DNA of 63,149 nucleotides, filler included, from Octopus bimaculoides (GCF_001194135.2; 6 parts of 6 records of this genome joined end to end with filler, not necessarily neighbours in it); one strand, 5' to 3'; numbered from the whole stretch's first letter, positions 28,332-40,942 are shown. Notes: a model not told the origin generated them from the letters alone. Program-made: numbers and translations.

Positions 28332-28628
28332 NNNNNNNNNNNNNNNNNNNNNNNNNNNNNNNNNNNNNNNNNNNNNNNNNNNNNNNNNNNNNNNNNNNNN
28401 NNNNNNNNNNNNNNNNNNNNNNNNNNNNNNNNNNNNNNNNNNNNNNNNNNNNNNNNNNNNNNNNNNNNNNNNNNNNNNNNNNNNNNNNNNNNNNNNNNNN
28501 NNNNNNNNNNNNNNNNNNNNNNNNNNNNNNNNNNNNNNNNNNNNNNNNNNNNNNNNNNNNNNNNNNNNNNNNNNNNNNNNNAACAACAACAACAACAATT
28601 ACTACTACTACTACTACTACTATTATTA

Positions 28629-28682
<54 letters not shown>

Positions 28683-28683
<1 letters not shown>

Positions 28684-28897
28684 GGCAGTAAGCTGGAAGA
28701 ATCGTCAGCACGCCGGGCAAAATGCATGGCGACATTTCGTCCGTCTTCACGTTCCAAGTTCAAAATGCCGCCGAGGTCGACTTTGCCTTTCATCCTTCCG
28801 GGGCTCGATGAAATAAGTACCAGTTACACACTGGAGTTGATGTAATCGACTATCCCCCTTCCCTCAAACTTTTCAAGGCTTTCTGCCTAAAGCAGAA
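28683..28897 (+). mobile_element. SINE-A (tail variant 2)
   Basis: aggcagtaagctgg...gccgaggtcgactttgcctttcatcc...gcctaaagcagaa, followed by an (AAT)n tract. Confidence 0.8.
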
Positions 28898-29069
28898 ATA
28901 ATAATAATAATAATAATAATCATTATTAGGTTTCTGTTGTTGTTGTTGCTTTGTTCCATACGAGTTGTTCGAAGTGTCGTCAAGAGACCTCAGGAAACAG
29001 CAAAGTTGGACGTTTTACTGTCGGTGTTATTTATGATTAGCCATGATATGTTTGAGGGAAAGGAGATCA

Positions 29070-29521
29070 AATACAGAGAATTAAGATCTCGTTGAAAGTT
29101 TGTCGATGTGTAGTGAATCCTACCAAAGATGTTTTGATAATCATCCAATACAGCACTCAGATCCTTCTGTCTCTTCCTATAGTTTCAAGTTATGGCTTTA
29201 TTGACTAGTAATTGATCAGCCATAAGACTCTTTAGAGCTTCCTCCTACTATTCCGGAAACAGGATGTTCTTTTACAGATATTTATCCATCACGATGTTTT
29301 GCTGTCGACTGTTTTTAAGGATTGTTGTTTATTTAGTCAAGGAGATTAGCTGTTTCTCTTGTCTCGGTGAGTCTCTCAAGTGTTGTCCACTTTTATCTCC
29401 ACTAACACCTTATGTGTCCTTGTTAAAGTATTCTATCTGCGAAGTTTGGCATTTTATCTCCTAATCAAGGCCAGATTAAGACATATATTGATCCTGAGCA
29501 CTTAAAAAGATTTTGCTACCC

Positions 29522-29562
<41 letters not shown>

Positions 29563-30670
29563 TTAAAATATAAACAATAATAAACCATAAAATAAATTTT
29601 TATTTTATAAAATGAAATAAAACTAACAGTAAGATGTTTATTTTTGTATACTTCCACTTTATTTATATTTGAAAAGTTTTCTCCTATTTTTAACTGCAAG
29701 GTCGTTGATTAGATCTGAAAATTAATCCTCCACAACACGTCTGCTTCTATACTTAGTAGAGATAAGGCATCCCGAATATTATTTTAGCAAGTTTGAAGTA
29801 ATTTCTTTTGTACCATAAACCATTTACTCTTTTTGTGGTACCCCATTCCCCTACTTCCCTTAATGCCATAAGCACGTGCTTATTTTGCATAATGGCTAAT
29901 CCAGCGCTGCTCCCAGTTGCTTGTATCTTCACGCGTATGGGCTGCTTGTAGCGTTTATGTGGTCCTTGACGATTGTTCAGGTGCTGGTTCCGTTGTTTTA
30001 AACAAATTCGTTTTTCATAATTCCTTCTTCGCTGTCTTTGGTTCTCGCCATAATTGTTCTACTTCTCTTGCTGTTGGTGCTGTATTGATTTCTTGTTTTG
30101 TTTTTCACCAAGTTCTTCGTTTGGAATCAAATCGTTTGTTTTGTTTAAAACATCCTTGCTGTTTTTCATACCGACAGTTTCTTTGTGATTTATCGAAAAA
30201 ACTCTTGTTTCAGGCGTTCTTTAATTTCAGATATTTCTTTTCCTTTTCCTTCTTTTCTTTCATCTTTTTTTTGCTTATGTTATATTTCTGTAGAATTTAT
30301 ATCCTCCTCCTTTTTTTGTTTTTTCAGTAACATCGTTTCGTTATTGATTCCCAAAGGAATGGAAGATCTTTTCTCTCATTCCTCTTCTTTTCTAACTTTT
30401 TTTTTTTCTCAATGTTTGCTTGGGTTTTGATATTTCTATTTGACTAGATCTGAAAGAACACCCATTTTCTTTTCAGCTACGCTGACTGTTGCGTATATTA
30501 TTTCATTTAACCTGGTGATATTGATGTTCGTGTCCCCTTTCATTGAATCTGTAATGGTCGGGTTTGCGTTTTGTAAAAAATAATTATTGCCATTTTATCG
30601 TTGAAATTTATCATTGGAAGTATTTTCGTTGATCCACAGGAAGACAGTATTATTCTTGTCGCTGGCATTG
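29070..30670 (-). mobile_element. Heavily degenerate R4/Dong-like element, pre-RT region into RT motifs
   Basis: Minus-strand frameshifted motifs DTNINITRLNEIIYATVSVAEKKMG, EIKERLKQ, KSQRNCRYEKQQGCFKQNK, APTAREVEQLW, KNILFPE, DQLLVNKAIT.NYRKRQKDLS; interrupted by (GT)n; 5' side abuts (ATT)n at about 30679. Confidence 0.6.
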
Positions 30671-30876
30671 TGGTTGCTATTATTATTATTATTATTATTA
30701 TTGTTGTTGTTGTTGTTGTTGTTGTTATTATCATTAAAATCATCATAATCATAATTGCTAGCACTACTACTACTACTGTTGTTCTTGTTCTTGTNNNNNN
30801 NNNNTGCTGCTGCTGTTATTATCGTTCTCCTTTTTCCTGTTGCTATTGCTGTTGTTGTTGTTATTTATTATTGTTG

Positions 30877-30917
<41 letters not shown>

Positions 30918-31033
30918 AATAAACCAGGGCACCAGGCCATGTTTTCGCTGGCAGCAAGAAACAATTTCCGCCAGAAACCAAATAAATAAAAGCAAATGAA
31001 ATTAAAAAAATAATAATAAAAAAACCCTCTCCA

Positions 31034-31074
<41 letters not shown>

Positions 31075-31718
31075 TAATAACAATAATAATAATAATAATT
31101 CATAGAAGCGAATGAAAATCATTGAAAGTGTATTTATTATGTTATTAGAAACCAGGTCGATATCAGTCCTCTCTGTAGTTCTTCAGTTNNNNNNNNNNNN
31201 NNNNNNNNNNNNNNNNNNNNNNNNNNNNNNNNNNNNNNNNNNNNNNNNNNNNNNNNNNNNNNNNNNNNNNNNNNNNNNNNNNNNNNNNNNNNNNNNNNNN
31301 NNNNNNNNNNNNNNNNNNNNNNNNNNNNNNNNNNNNNNNNNNNNNNNNNNNNNNNNNNNNNNNNNNNNNNNNNNNNNNNNNNNNNNNNNNNNNNNNNNNN
31401 NNNNNNNNNNNNNNNNNNNNNNNNNNNNNNNNNNNNNNNNNNNNNNNNNNNNNNNNNNNNNNNNNNNNNNNNNNNNNNNNNNNNNNNNNNNNNNNNNNNN
31501 NNNNNNNNNNNNNNNNNNNNNNNNNNNNNNNNNNNNNNNNNNNNNNNNNNNNNNNNNNNNNNNNNNNNNNNNNNNNNNNNNNNNNNNNNNNNNNNNNNNN
31601 NNNNNNNNNNNNNNNNNNNNNNNNNNNNNNNNNNNNNNNNNNNNNNNNNNNNNNNNNNNNNNNNNNNNNNNNNNNNNNNNNNNNNNNNNNNNNNNNNNNN
31701 NNNNNNNNNNNNNTATGT

Positions 31719-31772
<54 letters not shown>

Positions 31773-31800
31773 TATTATTATTATTATTATCATTATTATT

Positions 31801-32480
31801 CCTTCGTAACACAGTATAGGTACAAATGCACCGTGGTCTTTAGTCACCTGTCAAGTCACAACAAGGACCTCAAACAGATATTATTTTCCTTAAGATATGC
31901 ACTGTGCCCAATAAGGCTGCTTTTTGCAAGACATCAATCTTGCATGGGATTTCCAGTTGCCTTAAGAAGTTTTGAAGTTTTAATGGGATTGAGCCCAATG
32001 CCCCGATCACCACTGGTATCACTTTTACATTACCCTATCGCATCCCATACAGTCTTGCCAGTTCCACTTTCAATTCGGAGTACTTGGTGATTTTTTCAAC
32101 CTCTTTACTCACAACATTCATGTCATTTGGTATGGCTAGATCAATGATGTGACAGTATTTGTCTCTCTTATTCAATACGACGATATCTGGCCGACGGTGT
32201 TCGATTACACGATCCGTCTGAAAAGTCATAGTCCCCGAGTATCGTTACTTTTCCATCCTCCTGCATAATTTTACTTGGTACATGCTCACACCAGTTCTCT
32301 GTTACTTCATATTGGTATTTACGGCATGAGAGCCAATGAAGATACACACACACTTTATAGTGACGGCGCTTGTATTCCATTTGTGCAAAGCTTTCACATC
32401 TCCTAACTAAGTGGGCCACATTTTCCACACTCTTTCCACAGAGTCTGCATTTCTGGATGTCAGAGGTTTTATAGATGTTA
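31801..32480 (-). mobile_element. R4/Dong-like element 3' part: CCHC zinc knuckle + restriction-like endonuclease, 3' UTR, (AAT)n tail
   Basis: CRLCGKSVENVAHLVRRC, YKRRHYKV...LHW, QTDRVIEHRRPDIVV...IIDLAIP...KEVEKITKYSELKVEL, VIPVVIGALGSIP...QKAALLGTVHILRKIISV*; several frameshifts; tail at 31772-31800. Confidence 0.9.
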
Positions 32481-33649
32481 TACTACGGGTTGAAGCAACG
32501 GTGATAGAGGGTGAGATTGACTCGTCCTCAGTCCAGAAGCCGCTGATCTGAGGCCGCTACCAGCCGTTACTAGCAGCGTCAACTCATCAATTTGTGAGGA
32601 AGAGATGGAGGGTTCAATGAATAAGAGTGGCCGACTCGAGAGCTGATAAAGAGGAATGAAAGATCTCCATTAAAAAAAATATACGCCAATGGATGGTGTG
32701 TAGAATGTATAAAGAAACACCCATCCACCAGGCTAATTTAGTTTCTTAGATATTATGGTAATGTTCTGACAAGTTCTGAACACACATTTTGGTAATGCTG
32801 TATGGCAGCGACAAACAGACATATTGGTTATGTATTGCTGAATTCACAAATAGAACATTTTGCCAATGTTTTGTCCAACTCACAAACAGATAATTCCCGT
32901 GTGGCTGATAAAAACCCTATAAAATCGACACGGTTAAGAATAAAAAGGAAAATACACGAGCTCATTCGCCCCACTCTCTTTCTTTCTCCCACCAAACAAC
33001 ATGGCTACGTTTCATTGTACGATCTTAGTTATTTGTCACGTATTAATTCTGACTCTTGAATACAAATAATTCGTGGTTAAAAAAAGAAGAGAAAGAAAGA
33101 ACAAAGGTAAAAAGAAAGAAAAGAGAAAAAGGAATAGAAATTAAATATAAGCAAACAAGGAACGTGTTTCTTGTTCAATAAACTAAATCACTTACACTGG
33201 CTGGTCACGTGTCACGTAGTGGTCAGCTGAATGACTAATAGATAGACACCAAAAGGAGCTCTTTCATTACCGAGATGTATTATCATTATTGCTGTTTAAC
33301 CATAGGTCAGTGCTGCTCGCATGACGACGTTTCTGGGACTGCTAAACTGCGATGGCTCGAGGCTCCATCAAGCAAGAGCATGAAGCAAACTGAAGCGGCA
33401 TTTCTGTTCGTGTAGACCTATGATCCTAAGCGTTCAAGCCGTGACCATCCCGTGACCATACAGCAAGGACTATTACAGTTTGTAATGTTCTTGATGTTGA
33501 TATTGTTTATAGTTTCGCCCCCGGTTAGCCTTAACCGAGAAGAGATATGAGCGGAAGGAAAGGTGTTCCAGCCATTGTCATACGCGTCTTTTCATTTCCA
33601 GGCATAGTTTTCATTTTCCTTTCTCTCTCTTTTAAAAACACTTGCTTTA

Positions 33650-34008
33650 ATTATTAGACTGCGGCCATGCTGGTGCACCGCCTTGAACTTTTAGTTGAAT
33701 GAATCGACCCCAGTACTTACATTTTCTCAAAGCCTGGTATTTATCCTATCGGTCTCTTGCCGAACTGCAAAGTTACGAGGACGCGAACACACCAGCACCG
33801 GTTGTCAAGCGGTGATGGTGGGACAAACAAAGACACAAACACACAGCCACACACACACACATACATGACGGGCTTTCAGTTTCCATCTACCAACTCCACT
33901 CACAAGGCTTTGGTCGACCTGAGGTTATAGCAGAAGACATTTGCCCAAGGTGGCACGCAGTGGGACTGAACCCGGAGCCATGTGGTTGGGAAGCAAGCTT
34001 CTTACCAG
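33650..34008 (-). mobile_element. Near full-length SINE-B
   Basis: Reverse complement of the 53783-54180 copy. Confidence 0.85.
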
Positions 34009-34009
34009 C

Positions 34010-34374
34010 GACGACGTCGAGGGTTCCAGTCGATCCGATCAACGGAACAGCCTGCTCGTGAAATTAACGTGCAAGTGGCTGAGCACTCCACAGACACGTG
34101 TACCCTTAACGTAGTTCTCGGGGATATTCAGCGTGACACAGTGTGACAAGGCCGACCCTTTGAAATACAGGTACAACAGCAACAGGAAGTAAGAGTGAGA
34201 GAAAGTTGTGGTGGAAGAGTACAGCAGGGTTCGCCACCATCCCCTGCCGGAGCCTCGTGGAGCTTTTAGGTGTTTTCGCTCAATAAACACTCACAACGCC
34301 CGGTCTGGGAATCGAAACCGTGATCCTATGACCGCGAGTCCGCTGCCCTAACCACTGGGCCTTTGCACCTCCAC
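34010..34374 (-). mobile_element. tRNA-derived SINE, head H2 + tail T1
   Basis: Head gtggaggtgcaaaggcccagtggttagggcagcggactcgcgg...tttcgattccc (A/B boxes) with the same T1 tail as 767-1078. Confidence 0.85.
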
Positions 34375-34626
34375 AATAACTACTACAAGCTGTACGTAAA
34401 GGAACATGGCTGGTTGGTGTTAGTTTTAAAACAGTTAGCCAATTGAAAATGTCTTAATTGACACTTGATGCTGTCGTCTGCCAAAACTGATTCATTTCAT
34501 TTAATGTTTCCAATAATAATTATTGATCTTTCAGCAACTTGTTTGAAACCACGACTGCTGCCGATGTTGCTGCTGTTGGTGTTCTATGAAGGTGGGGATG
34601 GAGAATGGCGGCGTGCGTTCGTGTTC

Positions 34627-34662
<36 letters not shown>

Positions 34663-34974
34663 TGATAACAGGAGGTGAGGGTCACGCAGTGTTCACTGTG
34701 TTGCACTTAAGCACGGCGAGGAAGGGCATGCTGCCCGACTGAATGTGTCACGTGCTTCTTTCTCTTTTGTCCTCCGTTTTGTTCGATCGAGGTATTATGA
34801 TAATAGTGATGGCGGTGGCGGTGGTTGTGATGTTGGTGAAGGTGGTGACGGTGGTTGTGATGTTGGTGATGGTGATAATGATGATGATGAGGCGGAGGCA
34901 TTGTAGCGACATCAAATGCCTTTTGTATTCAGTCAATCTCTCTTAATGGATGCATGGTATATTATGTATGTTAT

Positions 34975-35365
34975 TGGCATGGTTAGAGCAATCAGGATTA
35001 CAATCATGAGGTAGTAAGTTCGATTCCCGTACCGAACTGTGTGTTGCGTTCTTGAGCAAGACACTTTATTTCACGTTGCTCCAGTTCACTCAGGTTGTAG
35101 AAATGAGTTGCGATGTCACCGAGGCCTTTGCCTTTCCCTTGGATAACAACGGTGGTGTGGAGACGGGGAGACTGTCATGCATGGGTGACTGGTGCTCTTT
35201 GCATGAACAACTTTGCACAGTTTCACTGGTACTTAATTTATCGACCCCGAAAGGGTGAAAGGTAAAGTCGTCTTCGGCGGAAATTGAACTCAGAACGTAG
35301 AGCGGACAAAACACCGCTAAGCATTTCGTCCGGCATGATAACGATTCTGTCAGCTCGCCTCCTTA
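34975..35365. mobile_element. H1+T2 SINE (+, about 34975-35220) abutting a SINE-A (-, about 35225-35365)
   Basis: gttcgattccc...ttgagcaagacactttatttcacgttgctccagttcactcag...gtagaaatgagttgcg; then tcgaccccgaaagggtgaaagg...gtcagctcgcc. Confidence 0.75.
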
Positions 35366-35559
35366 ATAACAAGAGTAACAATAACTACGAACAACTGCAG
35401 CAATAAGGAGAGGTGAAAGAAACAATGAATAAATGTTGTTGTCATCATCTCGTCATGAATTTGTCATCGCCGTGTCATCATTTGTGTGATTGCTTTGCAG
35501 GTGAAATTCAGTGGCGAATATATTTTGTTCACAACGGCTACCGATACAACTGTGTTAAA

Positions 35560-35607
<48 letters not shown>

Positions 35608-35612
35608 CCCAT

Positions 35613-35647
<35 letters not shown>

Positions 35648-35648
<1 letters not shown>

Positions 35649-35780
35649 AAGGCGCGTGGCTTAGTGGTTATGGTATTCGGCTCAAGATGGTAAGGCGGTC
35701 AGTTCAATTCTCGGCGAGGGGTCGTATCCTTGAGCAAAACACTTTACGTCACTTCACTGCAGTGCTGGCAAAAATGAGTA
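35648..35780 (+). mobile_element. SINE head H1 fragment
   Basis: gaaggcgcgtggcttagtggttatggtattcggctca...gttcaattctc...ccttgagcaaaacacttt. Confidence 0.7.
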
Positions 35781-35789
35781 GTCCGTCTG

Positions 35790-36080
35790 ATGAGGACGTC
35801 AAAGAAAACAGAAGGTCCGGCTGGTCAGAACATCCAAGAAAACAGCAGGGGTCTTTGTCCGGCAGGTCAGGACATCAAGGAAAACAGCAGGGAGTCTTTG
35901 TCCGGCAGAAAACTACAACGGGTTCATAAGGATCATTCACCGAGGAGCTCAAGGTGGCGGAGTCCATAATCACATGTGACATACGTGAAAATATCAGGGG
36001 CAGTTCCTACAGATGAGAAGAGAGCGGTTCATGCTCAGTAAGACATCGGAGCGCAGTGGGATCAGGCAGCCCCTCCACCA
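35790..36080 (+). mobile_element. Tc1/mariner transposase relic (DNA-binding region) with an internal ~45-bp tandem triplication
   Basis: Frameshifted FVRQVQDIKENS (repeated), ELKVAESII..IRENIRGSSY.MRRERFMLSKT resemble the HTH-to-catalytic linker of Tc1/mariner transposases (recalled consensus FVQQVQDII..VSE.TIR..HEDI.YKSY.MRRGQFMS.KT). Confidence 0.5.
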
Positions 36081-36115
36081 ACGTCATGTGAATTTCTATG
36101 TCACCTGATTAGAAA

Positions 36116-37563
36116 TAAATTATAGTGGGGGAAATTCAATGATGGAAATTTGATATAGTGGGCACGACCGGAAGTTGAAGTAGAACGTTTTTGCGAAAAC
36201 TATAATTATACGCCATTGATCACTGCAATATATATTCCACTTATAGATAGCCATACACTTAACCACACACAGACACACACAGAGAATTATATGCATACGA
36301 TTACATATACATGTAAACTTACATAAATACATCAACGTGTTTGTATGTGTGTGCGTGCGTGTATATNNNNNNNNNNNNNNNNNNNNNNNNNNNNNNNNNN
36401 NNNNNNNNNNNNNNNNNNNNNNNNNNNNNNNNNNNNNNNNNNNNNNNNNNNNNNNNNNNNNNNNNNNNNNNNNNNNNNNNNNNNNNNNNNNNNNNNNNNN
36501 NNNNNNNNNNNNNNNNNNNNNNNNNNNNNNNNNNNNNNNNNNNNNNNNNNNNNNNNNNNNNNNNNNNNNNNNNNNNNNNNNNNNNNNNNNNNNNNNNNNN
36601 NNNNNNNNNNNNNNNNNNNNNNNNNNNNNNNNNNNNNNNNNNNNNNNNNNNNNNNNNNNNNNNNNNNNNNNNNNNNNNNNNNNNNNNNNNNNNNNNNNNN
36701 NNNNNNNNNNNNNNNNNNNNNNNNNNNNNNNNNNNNNNNNNNNNNNNNNNNNNNNNNNNNNNNNNNNNNNNNNNNNNNNNNNNNNNNNNNNNNNNNNNNN
36801 NNNNNNNNNNNNNNNNNNNNNNNNNNNNNNNNNNNNNNNNNNNNNNNNNNNNNNNNNNNNNNNNNNNNNNNNNNNNNNNNNNNNNNNNNNNNNNNNNNNN
36901 NNNNNNNNNNNNNNNNNNNNNNNNNNNNNNNNNNNNNNNNNNNNNNNNNNNNNNNNNNNNNNNNNNNNNNNNNNNNNNNNNNNNNNNNNNNNNNNNNNNN
37001 NNNNNNNNNNNNNNNNNNNNNNNNNNNNNNNNNNNNNNNNNNNNNNNNNNNNNNNNNNNNNNNNNNNNNNNNNNNNNNNNNNNNNNNNNNNNNNNNNNNN
37101 NNNNNNNNNNNNNNNNNNNNNNNNNNNNNNNNNNNNNNNNNNNNNNNNNNNNNNNNNNNNNNNNNNNNNNNNNNNNNNNNNATATATATATATATATATA
37201 TACAATCAAAATATATACATACATACATACAAGCATACACAGAGATATATACGATCATACATGCACATACACATAAATGTATACATATATGTGTGTGTGT
37301 GTGTGTGTGTATAAATGTGTATGTGTGTGCGTATGTCGATAGGGGTTGTGAAAGCGGGGGACGATCAAACACAACACAAAGTGATATATTACAGGAGAAT
37401 AACCAAAAATGAAACTAATTATAGGGTGAGAAATTTGATGGTGGAAATTTGATATGGCGGCCATGATGTAAACATGACCGGAAGTTGAAGTAAAACGATT
37501 TTGCACAAACTATAATTATGCGCCATTGATCATTGCAATATATATTTCACCTATAGACAACGC
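36116..37563 (+). repeat. Diverged direct repeat pair (about 36116-36252 and 37417-37563) around microsatellites and a gap
   Basis: Shared ggaaatttgatat...gaccggaagttgaagta..acg.ttttgc..aaactataattat.cgccattgatca.tgcaatatatatt.cac.tatagac. Confidence 0.8.
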
Positions 37564-37678
37564 CGACTTAGTCACACATATACATTTACACGCAAATACA
37601 CACAGACATACATATTTACATATACACATACATACATATATACATGTATTTTATATATACGTATCTACATATAAAAAC

Positions 37679-37719
<41 letters not shown>

Positions 37720-37762
37720 CTTACGTATCTACATACATATATATATATAATATATATACACA

Positions 37763-37797
<35 letters not shown>

Positions 37798-38499
37798 ATG
37801 TATGTATTTATACATGTACGCCAAATACAAATCCTATACGTGTGTATGTGTGTTTAATCATACCGAACTAGCATGCATATATACACACGCATACAAAAAC
37901 TTACACACTCTCGTATATGTGTGTGTATATATATCTATATATACATGCATATAAACATTAACACACACGTACGGGTGCAAGCGTGCTGGCTCACAAGTAA
38001 AAATACAAACACATGCCGTACTATAAAAGATGTATAACTTAGAAACCTTACACACGCGTAAACAAAAGTACATAGGTACAAACACATGCGTATTTACACA
38101 CATATACGCATGCATAGAATATGCGTACATGTTCATGTAATTACATGTACAGACATGAAGGCATACACATACACATGTATACACTTCTGTTAGAAGACTC
38201 ACTTGTACATGCGCACACACACACACACACACGTGTTTATTCCTTTGGCTATGCATGCGTACGTGCACATGCAAACATGCACATAAACTGTCACACAGAT
38301 ATACATGTGCACCCTCACCCACAACATACAGCTGTATGACACGTGACCTGACACCCAAGGTGAAAGGGAGGGTGAGAGAGAGTATATGAGTGTCACTCAC
38401 CTTGTCAGTAGGGACTGTAAACATTCGGGTTTCCGGGAGGGTATGAGGGAAAGGTCCAGCTGGGTGGGTAGGTGACGGGTTAGGGTGGTGGGCGTATAT

Positions 38500-40191
38500 T
38501 TTGTGGTGCTGGTAGTAGCATGAGTTTATTTATGGTAGGGGAAGTAGTAGTGAAGTGGTGGTGGCAATAATGAGAACATGGCGGTGGTCGTAGAGGCAAA
38601 GTAGTCGTTTGGGAGGTAGTATTAGTGGTGAAGTGGCTGTGGTAATAGTGGCGCAACGGAAGTGGTGATGGTGGTGGTGTTGGTGGTGGTAATGGTGGTT
38701 GTGGTTATAGTGGTTGCGGTGGTGGTTGTTGTGGTGGTGGTGGTTGTTGTGGTGGTGGTTGTTGTGGTGGTGGTTGTTGTGGTGNNNNNNNNNNNNNNNN
38801 NNNNNNNNNNNNNNNNNNNNNNNNNNNNNNNNNNNNNNNNNNNNNNNNNNNNNNNNNNNNNNNNNNNNNNNNNNNNNNNNNNNNNNNNNNNNNNNNNNNN
38901 NNNNNNNNNNNNNNNNNNNNNNNNNNNNNNNNNNNNNNNNNNNNNNNNNNNNNNNNNNNNNNNNNNNNNNNNNNNNNNNNNNNNNNNNNNNNNNNNNNNN
39001 NNNNNNNNNNNNNNNNNNNNNNNNNNNNNNNNNNNNNNNNNNNNNNNNNNNNNNNNNNNNNNNNNNNNNNNNNNNNNNNNNNNNNNNNNNNNNNNNNNNN
39101 NNNNNNNNNNNNNNNNNNNNNNNNNNNNNNNNNNNNNNNNNNNNNNNNNNNNNNNNNNNNNNNNNNNNNNNNNNNNNNNNNNNNNNNNNNNNNNNNNNNN
39201 NNNNNNNNNNNNNNNNNNNNNNNNNNNNNNNNNNNNNNNNNNNNNNNNNNNNNNNNNNNNNNNNNNNNNNNNNNNNNNNNNNNNNNNNNNNNNNNNNNNN
39301 NNNNNNNNNNNNNNNNNNNNNNNNNNNNNNNNNNNNNNNNNNNNNNNNNNNNNNNNNNNNNNNNNNNNNNNNNNNNNNNNNNNNNNNNNNNNNNNNNNNN
39401 NNNNNNNNNNNNNNNNNNNNNNNNNNNNNNNNNNNNNNNNNNNNNNNNNNNNNNNNNNNNNNNNNNNNNNNNNNNNNNNNNNNNNNNNNNNNNNNNNNNN
39501 NNNNNNNNNNNNNNNNNNNNNNNNNNNNNNNNNNNNNNNNNNNNNNNNNNNNNNNNNNNNNNNNNNNNNNNNNNNNNNNNNNNNNNNNNNNNNNNNNNNN
39601 NNNNNNNNNNNNNNNNNNNNNNNNNNNNNNNNNNNNNNNNNNNNNNNNNNNNNNNNNNNNNNNNNNNNNNNNNNNNNTGTGGTGGTGGTTGTTTTTGGTG
39701 GTGGTTGTTGTGGTGGTGGTTGTTGTGGTGGTGGTTGTTGTGGTGATTGAGGTGGTGATAGTGGTGGTGATTGTAGTGGTTGTGGTAGTTATGGTGCTGG
39801 TGGTGGTTGCGTTGGTGGTAGTAGAGGATTTGTGGTGGTGGTGGTGGTGGTTACGTTGGTTGCGGTAGTAGTGGTGGTTGTGGTGAAGTGAGTGGTTATG
39901 GTGATAGTGGTGGTGGTAGTGTTTATGTTGGTTGTGGTAGAGGTGGTTGTAGTGGTGGTGGTATCGGTAGTGTTGCTGCTGATGTTGATACTGATAGTGG
40001 TGTGTGTGGCAGCGCCGGTAGTAGTGGTAGATGAGGTAATAGTAGCAGGAATGTTAATTATGGTTTATGTGGTGGTAGTTACAACGATGGTTGTGATGGC
40101 AGTGGTTTTTATGGTGGCAATGAAGTCGGCGTTGATGTCGTTGCTAGGGTCGTAGCTGCTGCTGTTCTGGTTGTTGTTAGTAGTGATGGTT

Positions 40192-40231
<40 letters not shown>

Positions 40232-40450
40232 CTATAATACTGGTAGTGATGTATACAGCAGTGGTGGTGGTGGTTGAAGTTGTGGCAGCAGTAACAATGG
40301 TGATTGTTTGTGTTGGCGGCGATTCTGGTTGTGGTGGAGAGGACAGTTAGTGGCGGTGGTGGTGGTCATGGGTGTAGAGGTATTGGTGGAGGTGGTAACT
40401 GTTGTAGTTGTAGTGCTGATGGTATTATATCACAGTTAAAGAGAGCAGGA
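38500..40450. repeat. Long degenerate (GGT/GTA/GTT)n low-complexity region with a central gap
   Basis: About 1 kb of visible cryptic trinucleotide repeat; source of the poly-V/W/G ORFs. Confidence 0.9.
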
Positions 40451-40719
40451 GTGAAGAGGGTTGGCTTATCAATAAATATGGCTTCCCTTGCAAATTTATA
40501 CAAGTACTAGTATGCGGTTATTGTTATCGATATAATTATTATTATTATTATTTGTAGTAGTAGTAGTAGTCGGAGAAGCAGAAGGAGAAGGAGGAGTGGG
40601 GTTCATAGAATGGCTTCCTCAAATCCCAGGGGACAAAACACCTTGTTATAGGGGCGAGCATCGTCTAAAGTGGATCGCAGCAGAAAATGGAGAAGAAAAC
40701 TGAACGTTAAATACTGTAA

Positions 40720-40779
<60 letters not shown>

Positions 40780-40882
40780 AAATGTTGTTGTTGTGGTGAC
40801 GGTGGTGCGACTTATTTTATCGACCCCTTAGGGATGATGGGTAAAGTAGAACTCTGCAGAATTTGAAGTCAATAATAATCGC

Positions 40883-40940
<58 letters not shown>

Positions 40941-40942
<2 letters not shown>

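Noticed and set aside
35788-35810. CTGATGAG hammerhead core
   Set aside because: No stem II; it lies at the edge of the transposase-derived repeat.
38500-40450. Possible mucin-like Thr-rich exon on the minus strand
   Set aside because: Frames shift and contain stops, there are no clear splice boundaries, and it looks like the other cryptic trinucleotide tracts in the window.
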